Origin: an uncultured Chloroflexia bacterium
GTDB taxonomy: Bacteria; Chloroflexota; Anaerolineae; Anaerolineales; Villigracilaceae
DNA: 64,000 nucleotides
Assembly: GCA_963801385.1 (NCBI GenBank)
Contig: CAWDEV010000003.1
Coordinates: 338,687 to 402,686 of the forward strand
Reading direction: 5' to 3'
Shown piece by piece: positions 27,717-37,197 of this stretch. The notes below the pieces were generated by a model. The model saw only the letters and a program-made list of their open reading frames with translations. It was not told where the DNA came from and did no database searches. The first letter of the stretch is position 1, and each line of letters opens with the position of its first letter. Made by a program: the position numbers and the translations under genes.

Positions 27717-29632
27717 TAGAGGATTTCCAACGCGGCGATAAAGTTGTGTTTAAATTCCGGACCCTGGATGCGCGCCCAGACTTCGGGTAACGAGTTGGGC
27801 AAATCCTGAAGTTCGGCCTGCCTGGATGCCAGGTAAGTTGCCACGCCGGGAGCGACGATGGGTGCAACCGGCAAAGGCTGGGATTCCTGTTCATGACCCC
27901 AGGTACCCCAGGTCAAAAAGTCCCGGAGCAAGTTGCTGGCAACCACGGCATCCTGTAAATCTCCAAGATGATCCTGTAACAACTTCATCTCTTTGATGAG
28001 TTCCCTCGACTCCCTGCCCAGCACTTCCTCCAGGAATTCGAGCGAGTAGCGCAGGCCCTTGGAGGCGATGCGCAACTGGTGCAAGCGCGCCAGGGGTACA
28101 TCCGGTCCTGCCATCCATTCTTCGAAGGCACTCATGGCTGCCAGGCGCTGGTAGAGGATCACTGGCGCAATGTGACGCAGGCGGCGCGGCCTGGGTATGC
28201 CGGTATCGTCTGAGACAGGTGCGGAATCCAGCGTTCGGGTTTCCAGGAATTCGCCGAAAGAATCCTTAAACTTACCGTAACGTTTACTGTCCAGGTAGGC
28301 AAGCAGCCTGTCGCGCGCCTGATCGCGGGCATTTTTCCAGACCGCCTGCAGTGGAGCCAGTTCATCCCTGCGCTCGGGCGGGAGCGAATCCAGATAGCGC
28401 TGCGTCTTTTCCCAGAATACATCCAGGTCCCGCACCTCTCCCAAAATACGTCCTGTTCGCCGCAATCCCTTATCGAATGGCGTCCATGTCTTTTCGTCCA
28501 GGTAATCTCCAAAAACCTGCAATGCAGCCCGCATGCGCCGGGTGGCAACGCGCATATCATGCAGTTCTTCAATGTCCTGTCCCAATTGCGTGCCGGCTTC
28601 GTGGTAGAGCATGTGTTGAAATTGAAAGTGCATGATCTTCCGCACCACTTCGGTCATGAGATCATCAGCCTTCAAGCCCACCCGGGTGGGCAATTTAATT
28701 TTGGGTGCAGGAGGAGCGGAGCGGGGCACACGTACCCGGGCCGGTTCAGCAGCTGTACCTTCCCCCTGAGGCTGCAAGGTTGGCGGTGGCGTTCCTTCCT
28801 GGACGGAGGCTGGAAAGATCCCCAGGCCCAATTTGCGAAAATCGGCCAGCCAGCGGCGGATGGTACGCTTTGACCGCTCCAACTGCCGGCCGACTTCTTC
28901 ATTCGACAGGCCCGCATCCAACGCCAGGAGGGCACGGCTGTGCAGGCCATACCAATCCGGGCGTTCTGCGATCTGGATCAGGACGGCATGGTCGCGGGCT
29001 TCCAGCAACTTGTGCTCTGATTTGAGGTCCAGCAGGGTCAGCGCTCGTTCAAATTTGGATAGAGGTTGGGGGCGCAACTCGTATTTCTCCTGCAGAAGAT
29101 CAGCAATCCTGACAAGCTGCTCATCGCTGCCCTGGGAGGTGAGTTCAACTTCCAGTTCATCATATGCCTGTTCCCTGCCCCCGGCGTTCCCATGGACATT
29201 GTCCAGGCTGAGCATGGCGATAGCCTGCCCATGCCAGCGTACCGGCCTGACCAGGCGCGCCTGGTGCAGTACGAACAGCGGGAGTAACGGATCTCCGCCG
29301 GTAATCTGGAGCACCTGCTTGCGCAGTGGGCTGGAAGGCCACTCTTCCACCGGTTGAAGGGCTGGAAGAAGAAGCTCCATTTCCTGTCGTTTGTGGATGG
29401 CCCCTGACGCTGCGCCAATCCCCTTCAGCGTGACTCGGACTCCATCGGGCTCCTGGCGAAAACGGCAGGCATAGCCTGCGGCCAGGATCTTGCGTTCCGG
29501 GGTATCCACGTAGGTGTCGTGAATCTCGACCATCCGCCCCTTACCAAGCGGGAATCCGGCGAGCTGGGTGGCCACCTGGAAGCGATGCAGGCTTTCGGTA
29601 TCTGGCAGGGAGAACTTGGCTTCGACTTCCAT
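27716..29632 (-). CDS. CYTH-domain / helix-turn-helix insert / CHAD-domain protein
   Basis: The N-terminal MEVEAKFSLP (ExExK) marks a CYTH domain, and the C-terminal HDMRVATRRMRAAL and LHQLRIASKGLRYSLEF are CHAD motifs. A roughly 120-aa insert between them carries LSNEEVGRQLERSKRTIRRWLADFRKLGL. It shares single-nucleotide start/stop junctions with both neighbours. Confidence 0.85.
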   Translation of the reverse strand: MEVEAKFSLPDTESLHRFQVATQLAGFPLGKGRMVEIHDTYVDTPERKILAAGYACRFRQEPDGVRVTLKGIGAASGAIHKRQEMELLLPALQPVEEWPSSPLRKQVLQITGGDPLLPLFVLHQARLVRPVRWHGQAIAMLSLDNVHGNAGGREQAYDELEVELTSQGSDEQLVRIADLLQEKYELRPQPLSKFERALTLLDLKSEHKLLEARDHAVLIQIAERPDWYGLHSRALLALDAGLSNEEVGRQLERSKRTIRRWLADFRKLGLGIFPASVQEGTPPPTLQPQGEGTAAEPARVRVPRSAPPAPKIKLPTRVGLKADDLMTEVVRKIMHFQFQHMLYHEAGTQLGQDIEELHDMRVATRRMRAALQVFGDYLDEKTWTPFDKGLRRTGRILGEVRDLDVFWEKTQRYLDSLPPERRDELAPLQAVWKNARDQARDRLLAYLDSKRYGKFKDSFGEFLETRTLDSAPVSDDTGIPRPRRLRHIAPVILYQRLAAMSAFEEWMAGPDVPLARLHQLRIASKGLRYSLEFLEEVLGRESRELIKEMKLLQDHLGDLQDAVVASNLLRDFLTWGTWGHEQESQPLPVAPIVAPGVATYLASRQAELQDLPNSLPEVWARIQGPEFKHNFIAALEIL

Positions 29633-30501
29633 TAGTACTTTTCTGGCACAAAGGTCTGGTCGGTGATCGGCGGGCGTACGTAGCCTTTATCATTCTGGCG
29701 CGGGGGCAATTTCATTGGTTCGGGTGTCAGATCCTCATAGGGAATCTTGCTCAGCAGATGCTGGATGCAATTCAGCCGGGCGCGCTCCTTATTGTCGGCG
29801 TTCACGACGTACCACGGCGACTGCTTGGTGTCAGTGAACTTGAACATTTCATCCTTGGCTTTTGAATACTCCACCCAGCGTGCGCGTGATTGGAGGTCCA
29901 TCGGGCTGAGTTTCCAGCGTTTGGTCGGGTCTTCCAGGCGGCTTTGAAAGCGGCGTTCCTGTTCCTCATTGCTCACAGAGAACCAGTACTTGATCAAAAT
30001 GATGCCCGAGCGGATCAGCATGCGTTCGAATTCAGGACAGGCGCGCAGGAACTCCTGGTACTCCTCCTCGGTACAGAAACCCATGACGCGTTCCACTCCC
30101 GCCCGGTTATACCAGCTGCGGTCGAAGAGCACCATCTCGCCGGCTGCCGGGAGTTGGGCTACATAGCGCTGGAAGTACCACTGGGTTTTCTCGCGTTCGG
30201 TGGGCGTGCCCAGGGCCACCACGCGGCAGATGCGCGGGTTAAGGCTTTGGGTGATGCGTTTGATGGCGCCGCCTTTACCGGCCGCGTCGCGGCCTTCAAA
30301 GATGACAACCACCTTAAGACCCTTCGCCTTGATCCATTCCTGGAGTTTGACCAGCTCGATCTGGAGCCTGGCCAGCTCCTTATCATAATCCGCCTTTTCG
30401 AGGCCGGGCGACGCATCTGGCGGAGCCGCGGCGGCTTGTTTCTCTTTTAGCTCCTTGTTCTGGGCTTTGCGCTGCTTCCTGGATTTGTTCTTGTCCGACA
30501 T
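29632..30501 (-). CDS. PPK2-family polyphosphate kinase (class I-like)
   Basis: 289 aa with FEGRDAAGKGGAI, FDRSWYNRAGVERV and RWKLSPMDL. Confidence 0.9.
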   Translation of the reverse strand: MSDKNKSRKQRKAQNKELKEKQAAAAPPDASPGLEKADYDKELARLQIELVKLQEWIKAKGLKVVVIFEGRDAAGKGGAIKRITQSLNPRICRVVALGTPTEREKTQWYFQRYVAQLPAAGEMVLFDRSWYNRAGVERVMGFCTEEEYQEFLRACPEFERMLIRSGIILIKYWFSVSNEEQERRFQSRLEDPTKRWKLSPMDLQSRARWVEYSKAKDEMFKFTDTKQSPWYVVNADNKERARLNCIQHLLSKIPYEDLTPEPMKLPPRQNDKGYVRPPITDQTFVPEKY

Positions 30502-30720
30502 GCAGGCCTCCTTCCGAAATCGCTATCTGCCAATATGGCGCAAGGGAATGGCTAAGAAAGCATGATAACTGATACTAGTATAGCAACAATTGGCCTTGTA
30601 AGCAATGACCCTTTTTCAGAGGGGGGTTGGGAAAGACCTCTCCACCTAGAACACGAATATCACGAAACAGGAGTTCGAGATTCTGATGAGGACGATAGAC
30701 GGCGGACGATCCTGAACCTG

Positions 30721-30826
30721 GCAAAATGCGCCCTGCAAAGTGCGCCCGCAAAGTGTGCTCCGTAACGTGTGCGGGGCAGGCGGGACAGGCAGGACAGGCG
30801 GGCAGGCAGGACAGGCGGGGCAGGCC
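30721..30826. repeat. Composite short tandem repeats: 13-14-mer GCAAAGTGCGCCC x4 then 8-9-mer CAGGCGGGA/CAGGCAGGA x6
   Basis: Read directly from the sequence. Modules recur at 62286-62390. Confidence 0.7.
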
Positions 30827-31459
30827 AACAAAGGACTTTGGACCATGGGGAAGTCGTTCCGTATCGAAAAAAAACGAATGCGCCAGGGAGGGGGTGATCA
30901 GGTAATAAGGAAGGGAGCCCAAGCAAAGAGTAGAGAACAGAAGGAACGGCGGGGAATAAAAGTCACCTTAATTGAATTTTCCGCGGAACGAATGGAGGGG
31001 GAGGAGAGCAGAGAATGGAAAGATTCTGACCAGTAGGTTGGGGATTTGTTATTTGAAAATAAAAAATAAGATGGAGGAAGAGAATAGAGAAGAGAGAGCA
31101 GAAAGAAGGATCTTTTATATGAAGGTATTTACTCGTGATTTCAGGTTTGGAAGCAGGCGTTGACATTTTTACGGATCCGATTTGATTTTGGATTTATTCC
31201 TCAGGTTCAATTCCGGAGGCAGGTGACACGGCGACACGCTTCTGGCGGGCGGCGGCAGGGGGCGAGGCATGCAACAAAGTACATGTTTAGCTTCGCAACA
31301 AACATAGAACATATTTTCTGATTCGTCAAGGGGGAAAAAGCAAAAAAGGAGTGCAGGCGCATTAAGCGCCTGGTGTTGCAGATCATGAGTGGATGAACCA
31401 GCGAGAAGGATTGTCAAGGTTAAAATAAAAAACGTCTTCAAGGGCGTTTATGTTGTAGG

Positions 31460-31484
31460 TGCCCCCATCAAGGTTCGAACTCCA
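31460..31484 (-). other. Degenerate tRNA-Glu 3' fragment (candidate att-site relic)
   Basis: TGCCCCCAT-5 nt-TTCGAACTCCA has identical blocks and spacing to the 3' end of the tRNA-Glu gene at 44693-44717, in the same orientation. The T stem is disrupted. Confidence 0.5.
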
Positions 31485-31701
31485 AAATGTGTTCGATGAT
31501 TTCACGACTCCTGAGGCCACGATAAACATTGTGATACAACAGGCTTCCTCGCCTGTTCTGTGAGAAGGTAACGCTTGCTAAATACGGGAAACAAGCTGGC
31601 GAACCTGCACGATTGAGAACCTAAACACGCCCAGTCCAAAGCGAGTAGCACGAATCGGGTATACGCTTTGTTATCCCGCCCTTTGCCATGAAAATGTTGT
31701 C

Positions 31702-32409
31702 TCATAAGTTCATTGCCATTGCCGTTTCTCTGTAAGCGGCGATGACGATCAAAAGGATTCCCAAGCAAAGACAAAATATTTCAGAGGCCGATAGCCTTAT
31801 ATCCCGCAAGCTCTTGATTTTTTCACCTTTCCATTGCCTCAGGCTTCTATATTGAGTCAAACCAATATTTGCTGTGGCTGAAATCACAAGCACATATGCA
31901 AGCATTTCAATTCCTCCGATGCTCATGCCAAGAGCCATGCCTTCCCAAGCATTGAATTGTCTCATGTCTGACGCAGAGAAGGAGTTGGTGCCAGAAACCA
32001 ATCCAGAGGTAATTCCCAGAATAGCTGGAACAATATAGCCTATTGGGATTTCTTTGAATTGTTGTAAGTTCGTCAGCATGCACACAATAATAACTGTGCC
32101 GAGATTAAAAAGCAGTGTGAGGCCAAATTCCCCCCAGAATGAAGTTGCCGAAGCGACAAATAAGCCAATCGCCGAATACGGACTGCCTCGCATAAAACCT
32201 TCAGGAAGAAGGTAGTAACCAGATAAGAAGGAAACCATATTTAACACTGAGTACAGCCCGTAAAGCCAAAAGATGCGTTTGAATACGTTTTCTTGCGGTT
32301 TGATTTGCGACGTGTTCATTTTCTCTCTTGTTGGTACCATGCTATTCATTGCGTGAGCGGGCATCGCAGTAGGATTGCAAGTTGGCCTTTGGTGGGCGGG
32401 TGTGGACAT
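31702..32409 (-). CDS. Polytopic membrane protein, family not recognised (possibly SpoIIM/DUF95-like)
   Basis: It has about 6 hydrophobic helices. The true start is probably an internal Met (e.g. MNTSQIK). Confidence 0.5.
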   Translation of the reverse strand: MSTPAHQRPTCNPTAMPAHAMNSMVPTREKMNTSQIKPQENVFKRIFWLYGLYSVLNMVSFLSGYYLLPEGFMRGSPYSAIGLFVASATSFWGEFGLTLLFNLGTVIIVCMLTNLQQFKEIPIGYIVPAILGITSGLVSGTNSFSASDMRQFNAWEGMALGMSIGGIEMLAYVLVISATANIGLTQYRSLRQWKGEKIKSLRDIRLSASEIFCLCLGILLIVIAAYRETAMAMNL

Positions 32410-32485
32410 TACTCATTATATTGTGAAATACTTGAGTACAGAATCATCTCATTGTGGCGGGATTCATCCACAAGTCGGGCCAGCA

Positions 32486-33283
32486 TCATTCGGTGCTCCT
32501 TTTGAGTACGGATGCTTCAACGTTAGCGATCTGCGCGAGCCGGGATGCTGTATCCTGAAGCGGCTTGAGGGATACATCTGCGCCAGAATAGCGTTCATAG
32601 TAACCGAAAGGATTGTCAAGATCCCTGATTAGTATTAGGAGAAAAATCATCAGATACGAGATAATACCTACAAAAAACAATGACTCGTAAAACGGCTCGA
32701 TTTTGGCCAATATGAGCCCTGCGCAGAGACAAACGGTGGTGATATCGGCCAGCAAATAACCAGCGGAAATGAAGGATGTTTCTCGAATGGAATGAATGCG
32801 GGTGAGTGTGCGCCTGAGATTACTCTGCTCTTGCTTCAGCCGCGCCACCAATGTCCCTTGAGTCCATTGTTCCATCATTGCAAACTGGGGGGTCAGATCG
32901 TTCACGTGCTCCATCAATTCTGTTGAATAGTGCTTCTTATGGAACCAACTCAGAATATCTTTGCTCAATTGCGACAGAAGGATCAGGCACGAACTGACGT
33001 TGGCTTCAGGTTTCGCGATTCTGATACCGGATACTTCTTGCGCCAGATTCTCCAGGCATGCGCTCAACTCACCTGGGAGGCGCTCGCTTTCCTTAAAATC
33101 CGAAAGCACGCCGCTGAGAAGAAACCCCATTAAAAAAACGTTGGCAGCAACGATCCCAGAGAATAATGGGTTGATTGAAATCACTTCCCATCCTAAAAAA
33201 TGTACAACGAGTTTCGCACATACAACTACAGCAACGATTGCGCCTACTCGCAGCAGAAGACGATGTTGGTTATTGATCTTCAT
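32486..33283 (-). CDS. Bestrophin-like / DUF4239-like membrane protein
   Basis: It has 2+2 TM helices around a helical middle region, and LIRDLDNPFGY resembles the bestrophin-family (D/E)NPFG motif. Confidence 0.5.
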   Translation of the reverse strand: MKINNQHRLLLRVGAIVAVVVCAKLVVHFLGWEVISINPLFSGIVAANVFLMGFLLSGVLSDFKESERLPGELSACLENLAQEVSGIRIAKPEANVSSCLILLSQLSKDILSWFHKKHYSTELMEHVNDLTPQFAMMEQWTQGTLVARLKQEQSNLRRTLTRIHSIRETSFISAGYLLADITTVCLCAGLILAKIEPFYESLFFVGIISYLMIFLLILIRDLDNPFGYYERYSGADVSLKPLQDTASRLAQIANVEASVLKRSTE

Positions 33284-33344
33284 GAAAACTCCGGTTAACT
33301 ATACAGTTTGGATTGAGCCCAGATTTCTGGAAACCGTGACTGGC

Positions 33345-33959
33345 TCAATCCATGAGAACATGACCAGCAAGAAGAACAGATATAAGAATTCCCGAGACTA
33401 CCAGGCTGACGTGGAAACGGTAAATTCCTTTTAGCAATTTCGGGGATACCTTCGATGCGATCTGCAACTTTATGATCAATCCTGTTGCTACAAGGATCCC
33501 TGCAATAATTAATCCCCATTCCGGTAATGGGTTTGGGCAGGAGGAGATTAGTAGATGCACAGTTGCCACAACCAAAGCAAGGATGCTCAGGTAGGTATGG
33601 AAAGGCATAAAATATTTCTTATTCATACGGGTAAATGATTCAAGCAATCCTTTCAGGCGCGGCCGGAGGGATACCCGATGGCTGACGAGTTTGGCTGTCA
33701 GGTTAAATACAACCGGCAGACAGGCGATCCCAAATAACCATCCTGAAGTTTGCCCAGTGAACTCATTTCCTTCGTTCTCCTGGTTTCCTCTTCCCAAAAA
33801 CGAAAATGGTAATTGGGAGTTGAACTCTGCGATGTTTATTCCATCCTCGCCAGCCTCATCAAGTAACAGAACCAGTAACCCCATCCCGGCAGCCATCAGA
33901 ATAAACAACCCGATAAGGATCCCGCCAAACAGAAGAAGATATTTCGAAGCAGTCATCAT
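33345..33959 (-). CDS. Membrane protein with conserved-His helices (possible cytochrome-b/ferric-reductase-like TM domain)
   Basis: ORF 33345..34004 is trimmed to MMTASKY (AAAGGAAGG upstream). It contains FHTYLSILALVVATVHLL. Confidence 0.45.
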   Translation of the reverse strand: MMTASKYLLLFGGILIGLFILMAAGMGLLVLLLDEAGEDGINIAEFNSQLPFSFLGRGNQENEGNEFTGQTSGWLFGIACLPVVFNLTAKLVSHRVSLRPRLKGLLESFTRMNKKYFMPFHTYLSILALVVATVHLLISSCPNPLPEWGLIIAGILVATGLIIKLQIASKVSPKLLKGIYRFHVSLVVSGILISVLLAGHVLMD

Positions 33960-33987
33960 AACCTTCCTTTCTACTCTATTAGTTTTA

Positions 33988-34497
33988 TCAGGCAAAACCC
34001 CCAACGTACCAGGAGCCGATCATGACCAACTCTGTCGTAAACCGGAATACAAACCCCCAGGCAAATCTCACCAGCGATCCTCGCATACTGGCGAATACTT
34101 TTTTCGCGTCTTTGGAACGGAGCCATTCAATCCCGAAGAGCGCCAACAACCCTGCCAGGATACCGCCCAGGATGGGAACTACAAAGTTCCCGGCGATGGC
34201 CAACGCCAGCATGATCAATACCACCCACCAGGGAGCGCCTTCTTTGTGGGCATGTGTTCCCATCAGCACATGTTCGGCGAGTTCACCAAGGATCATCAGC
34301 ACGGTGATGATGGTGAACATGACCCAGCCCAACTTGTCGAATCCTGCAAAGATGCCATAACCAAGCGCCGCGACCCAGACGATCACCAGGCCGGGCAGGA
34401 TCGGAACGATCAGTCCGAACAGGCCAAACAACATCACCACCAGGGTGATGCCTGCCAAGATCAGGTCGGTTTCGATGAACATACTACCAATTGTCAT
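33988..34497 (-). CDS. DUF456-family membrane protein
   Basis: PILPGLVIVWVAALGYG ... GAPWWVVL ... PILGGILAG is typical of DUF456. The start is MTIGSMFIE, overlapping the ATPase stop. Confidence 0.7.
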   Translation of the reverse strand: MTIGSMFIETDLILAGITLVVMLFGLFGLIVPILPGLVIVWVAALGYGIFAGFDKLGWVMFTIITVLMILGELAEHVLMGTHAHKEGAPWWVVLIMLALAIAGNFVVPILGGILAGLLALFGIEWLRSKDAKKVFASMRGSLVRFAWGFVFRFTTELVMIGSWYVGGFA

Positions 34498-37063
34498 TTG
34501 CGCTCCTTGCGCCCCCCTGAATGAACTTCTGAATACCCTTGATCTTGACGCTTTCCGCAATCAACACGCTGGTAAACCCAGCAAGGGCGATCAGCGCCAG
34601 TTCCCAACGATTGAGAGGCGCAAACTTGAAGAGGTCGCGCAGGAACGGGATATTCAATATGAGCGCCATGAAGATGACCGCTCCACCCGTAACCCACCCC
34701 AAGGCTTTGTTGGGGATGCGGAGGGTTTTCAAGATGGAGTATTTCCATGACCGGTTGGCGAAGATCAATCCCAGGTTGCCGATGACCATACACACAAAGG
34801 CGAGCATGCGAGCGATGGTCTCATCGTACCCGCGGGTCAGCGTGACCGCGTAAATTGTCACCACCACCGCCAGGATACCCAGCCCCTGGATCAGGCCAGA
34901 AATGATCATGGCGCGTCCAAAGAGAGGCTCTTCCAGCTTGCGCGGCGGACGCTGCATGATGTCCGGTTCATCTGACTCGGCTTCGAAGACCACGGTGCAG
35001 GCTGGATCGATGATCAGTTCCAGGAATAGGATATGCACCGGCAGCAGGGCCAGCGGCCAATTAAATATCACCGGGATGAGCGACATCCCTGCAATCGGCA
35101 GGTGCACCGAGAAGATAAAGGCCATGGCCTTCTTGAGATTGTCGAAAATGCGGCGCCCGGCGCGTACCGCCTGAACGATGGACGCGAAGTTGTCATCGAG
35201 CAGAACCAGAGCGGCCGACTCGCGCGCCACGTCGGTGCCGCGTCCGCCCATGGCGATGCCGATGTGGGCGGCTTTGAGCGCTGGGGCGTCGTTGACGCCG
35301 TCGCCGGTCATTGCAACCACCTCGCCATTGGCTTTCAGGGCCATCACGATGCGCAACTTCTGCTCGGGTACAGCGCGGGCAAAGATGCAGACGGTTTTGA
35401 TGCGCTCCTTCAATGTTTCATCATCCATCTCATCCAACTCAGTGCCGGTGATGATCTGATCGTTCGGCTTCAAGCCAATTTGTCTGGCAATGTTGCTGGC
35501 CGTGCCGGGATAATCGCCGGTGATCATGATGATGCGGATCCCGGCGGTATAGCATTCCTTAACTGCCCCGGCTACCTCAGGCCGCACTGGGTCGGCCAGG
35601 CCGATCAGGCCGATGAATTTAAAATCGAAGTCGTGTTGGCCCTCCGGCAGAGAACTATCCTGGAAAGCTGCTTGTGCCACGCCGAGAACACGCAGGCCGC
35701 GGTCGGCCATTTCGTTGATCTCGTTCTTCAACGTCTCTGTCCGCTCCGGCTCGAAATGGCACAGGTCAGCGATGGCCTCCGGGGCGCCCTTGGCGGCGAT
35801 CACATAGTCTTTTCCCTCCGGCGACCGCCAGACGTGCGACATGGCCAGCAAATTCTCGGAGAGTGGGTACTCGCGCACCAGTTCCCAATTCTTGTGGATG
35901 TGCTCGGTATTCAACAGTGTACGCCCGCCCAGTTCCTTCATGGCCTTTTCCATCGGATCGAACGGGTCGGTGGGACTGGCCAGGATGCTGTACTCGAGGA
36001 TCGGGTGGAATAGTTCGGGGAGCGACATCTGCTTCCCGTCCACTTCCAGCGATTCCTTCCCAACCGATAACCTGGTAACCGTCATCCGGTTGAGGGTCAA
36101 CGTCCCGGTCTTGTCCACGCACAGGACAGTAGCCGCGCCCAGCATCTCGACTGCGTGCACACGCCGGGTCAGCACGTGGTGCTGGGAAATGCGCCAGGCG
36201 CCCAGGGCCAGGAAGATGGTCAGGACCACCGGGAACTCTTCAGGCAGAGTGGCCATTGCCAGCGTGATACCGGCTAGGAACCCATTCAGCCAGTCGCCGC
36301 GGATCAGAGAGAAGACAACCACCACGATGACGCACAGGCTCAAACCGACGATGGCAAAATTGCGCACGATCTTGCTGGTCTGTTTCTGGAGGTTGGTATC
36401 CTCCGGTTCGAGGATCTGTAACGATTTGCCAATCTTGCCAATTTCGGTGCGCGGACCGGTGGTGCGAACTTCAGCAATGCCATGTCCCTTGATCATCAGG
36501 GTGCCTGAGTAGATGAACGGCAAGTCGTCGCCGCCGGGTCGGCCCATTTCGAGCCGCCCATCCCAGGGTCGTTTGCGTACCGGGATGGATTCGCCCGTCA
36601 ACAGTGACTCATCTATGCTGGCATTGTTCCCTGAGAGCAACACAGCATCCGCCGGAACCCGGTCGCCTTCAGAGAGCAGGATGATATCCTGGCGCACGAC
36701 CTCGCGGCCGGCAATGCGCTGCTGCTTGCCATCGCGTATCACCAGGGCGCGCGGGCTGGAGAGATCGCGCAACGCCTCCAGCGCTCGCTCGGTTTTTTGT
36801 TCTTGATAAAAAGTGATGCCAATGATGACAACTACAAAGCCCATCAACATCAGGGCTTCCGCGCGATCGCCGAGGAACAGGTAAAGCAGACCGCAGGCGA
36901 TCAGCATCAGAAACATTGGCTCGCACACAACTTCCAGCAGGACGTGCAGGAAGGTCCGTTTTTTGGTAGACGGGAGTTCGTTATACCCGTCTTCCGCCAG
37001 GCGTTCGAGTACTTCTTGATCGGTTAGGCCCTGGATGTTGGTTTCGTTGAATTTCTCAACCAT
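34484..37063 (-). CDS. P2-type cation-transporting P-type ATPase with a non-canonical PEEFP TM4 motif
   Basis: It starts at MVEKFNETNIQGLT (GGAGAA 6 nt upstream) and has TGES, CVDKTGTLT, MITGDYP and [14 protein letters not shown]4 reads LPEEFPVV instead of PEGLP. Confidence 0.9.
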   Translation of the reverse strand: MVEKFNETNIQGLTDQEVLERLAEDGYNELPSTKKRTFLHVLLEVVCEPMFLMLIACGLLYLFLGDRAEALMLMGFVVVIIGITFYQEQKTERALEALRDLSSPRALVIRDGKQQRIAGREVVRQDIILLSEGDRVPADAVLLSGNNASIDESLLTGESIPVRKRPWDGRLEMGRPGGDDLPFIYSGTLMIKGHGIAEVRTTGPRTEIGKIGKSLQILEPEDTNLQKQTSKIVRNFAIVGLSLCVIVVVVFSLIRGDWLNGFLAGITLAMATLPEEFPVVLTIFLALGAWRISQHHVLTRRVHAVEMLGAATVLCVDKTGTLTLNRMTVTRLSVGKESLEVDGKQMSLPELFHPILEYSILASPTDPFDPMEKAMKELGGRTLLNTEHIHKNWELVREYPLSENLLAMSHVWRSPEGKDYVIAAKGAPEAIADLCHFEPERTETLKNEINEMADRGLRVLGVAQAAFQDSSLPEGQHDFDFKFIGLIGLADPVRPEVAGAVKECYTAGIRIIMITGDYPGTASNIARQIGLKPNDQIITGTELDEMDDETLKERIKTVCIFARAVPEQKLRIVMALKANGEVVAMTGDGVNDAPALKAAHIGIAMGGRGTDVARESAALVLLDDNFASIVQAVRAGRRIFDNLKKAMAFIFSVHLPIAGMSLIPVIFNWPLALLPVHILFLELIIDPACTVVFEAESDEPDIMQRPPRKLEEPLFGRAMIISGLIQGLGILAVVVTIYAVTLTRGYDETIARMLAFVCMVIGNLGLIFANRSWKYSILKTLRIPNKALGWVTGGAVIFMALILNIPFLRDLFKFAPLNRWELALIALAGFTSVLIAESVKIKGIQKFIQGGARSANDNW

Positions 37064-37197
37064 TTGTGTTCTCCAAACAAGCAATGGATTTTGAATATCA
37101 TGGTGCCAGATCGCATATTCATAAATATGCCCGTAGATGCAGAGGCGCAGGGTCGCATCCCTGTTACGATGAATAGGTTGTTGCCTGTCAGAAGCAA

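Noticed and set aside
30562-31441. Several 60-115-aa ORFs in the 30.5-31.7-kb gap (e.g. 30575..30922 -, 30740..31036 +, 31169..31441 -)
   Set aside because: They are low-complexity products of simple repeats (PACPACPAC, GGTGRTGGQAGQAGQ, purine tracts). They have alternative start codons only, no RBS and mutually overlapping frames.
35033-36013. 326-aa plus-strand ORF (and 35841..36512, 40444..41397) inside the P-type ATPase genes
   Set aside because: These are antisense to ATPases with complete TGES/DKTGT/GDGxND motif sets, and have His/Arg/Gly-rich shadow composition.
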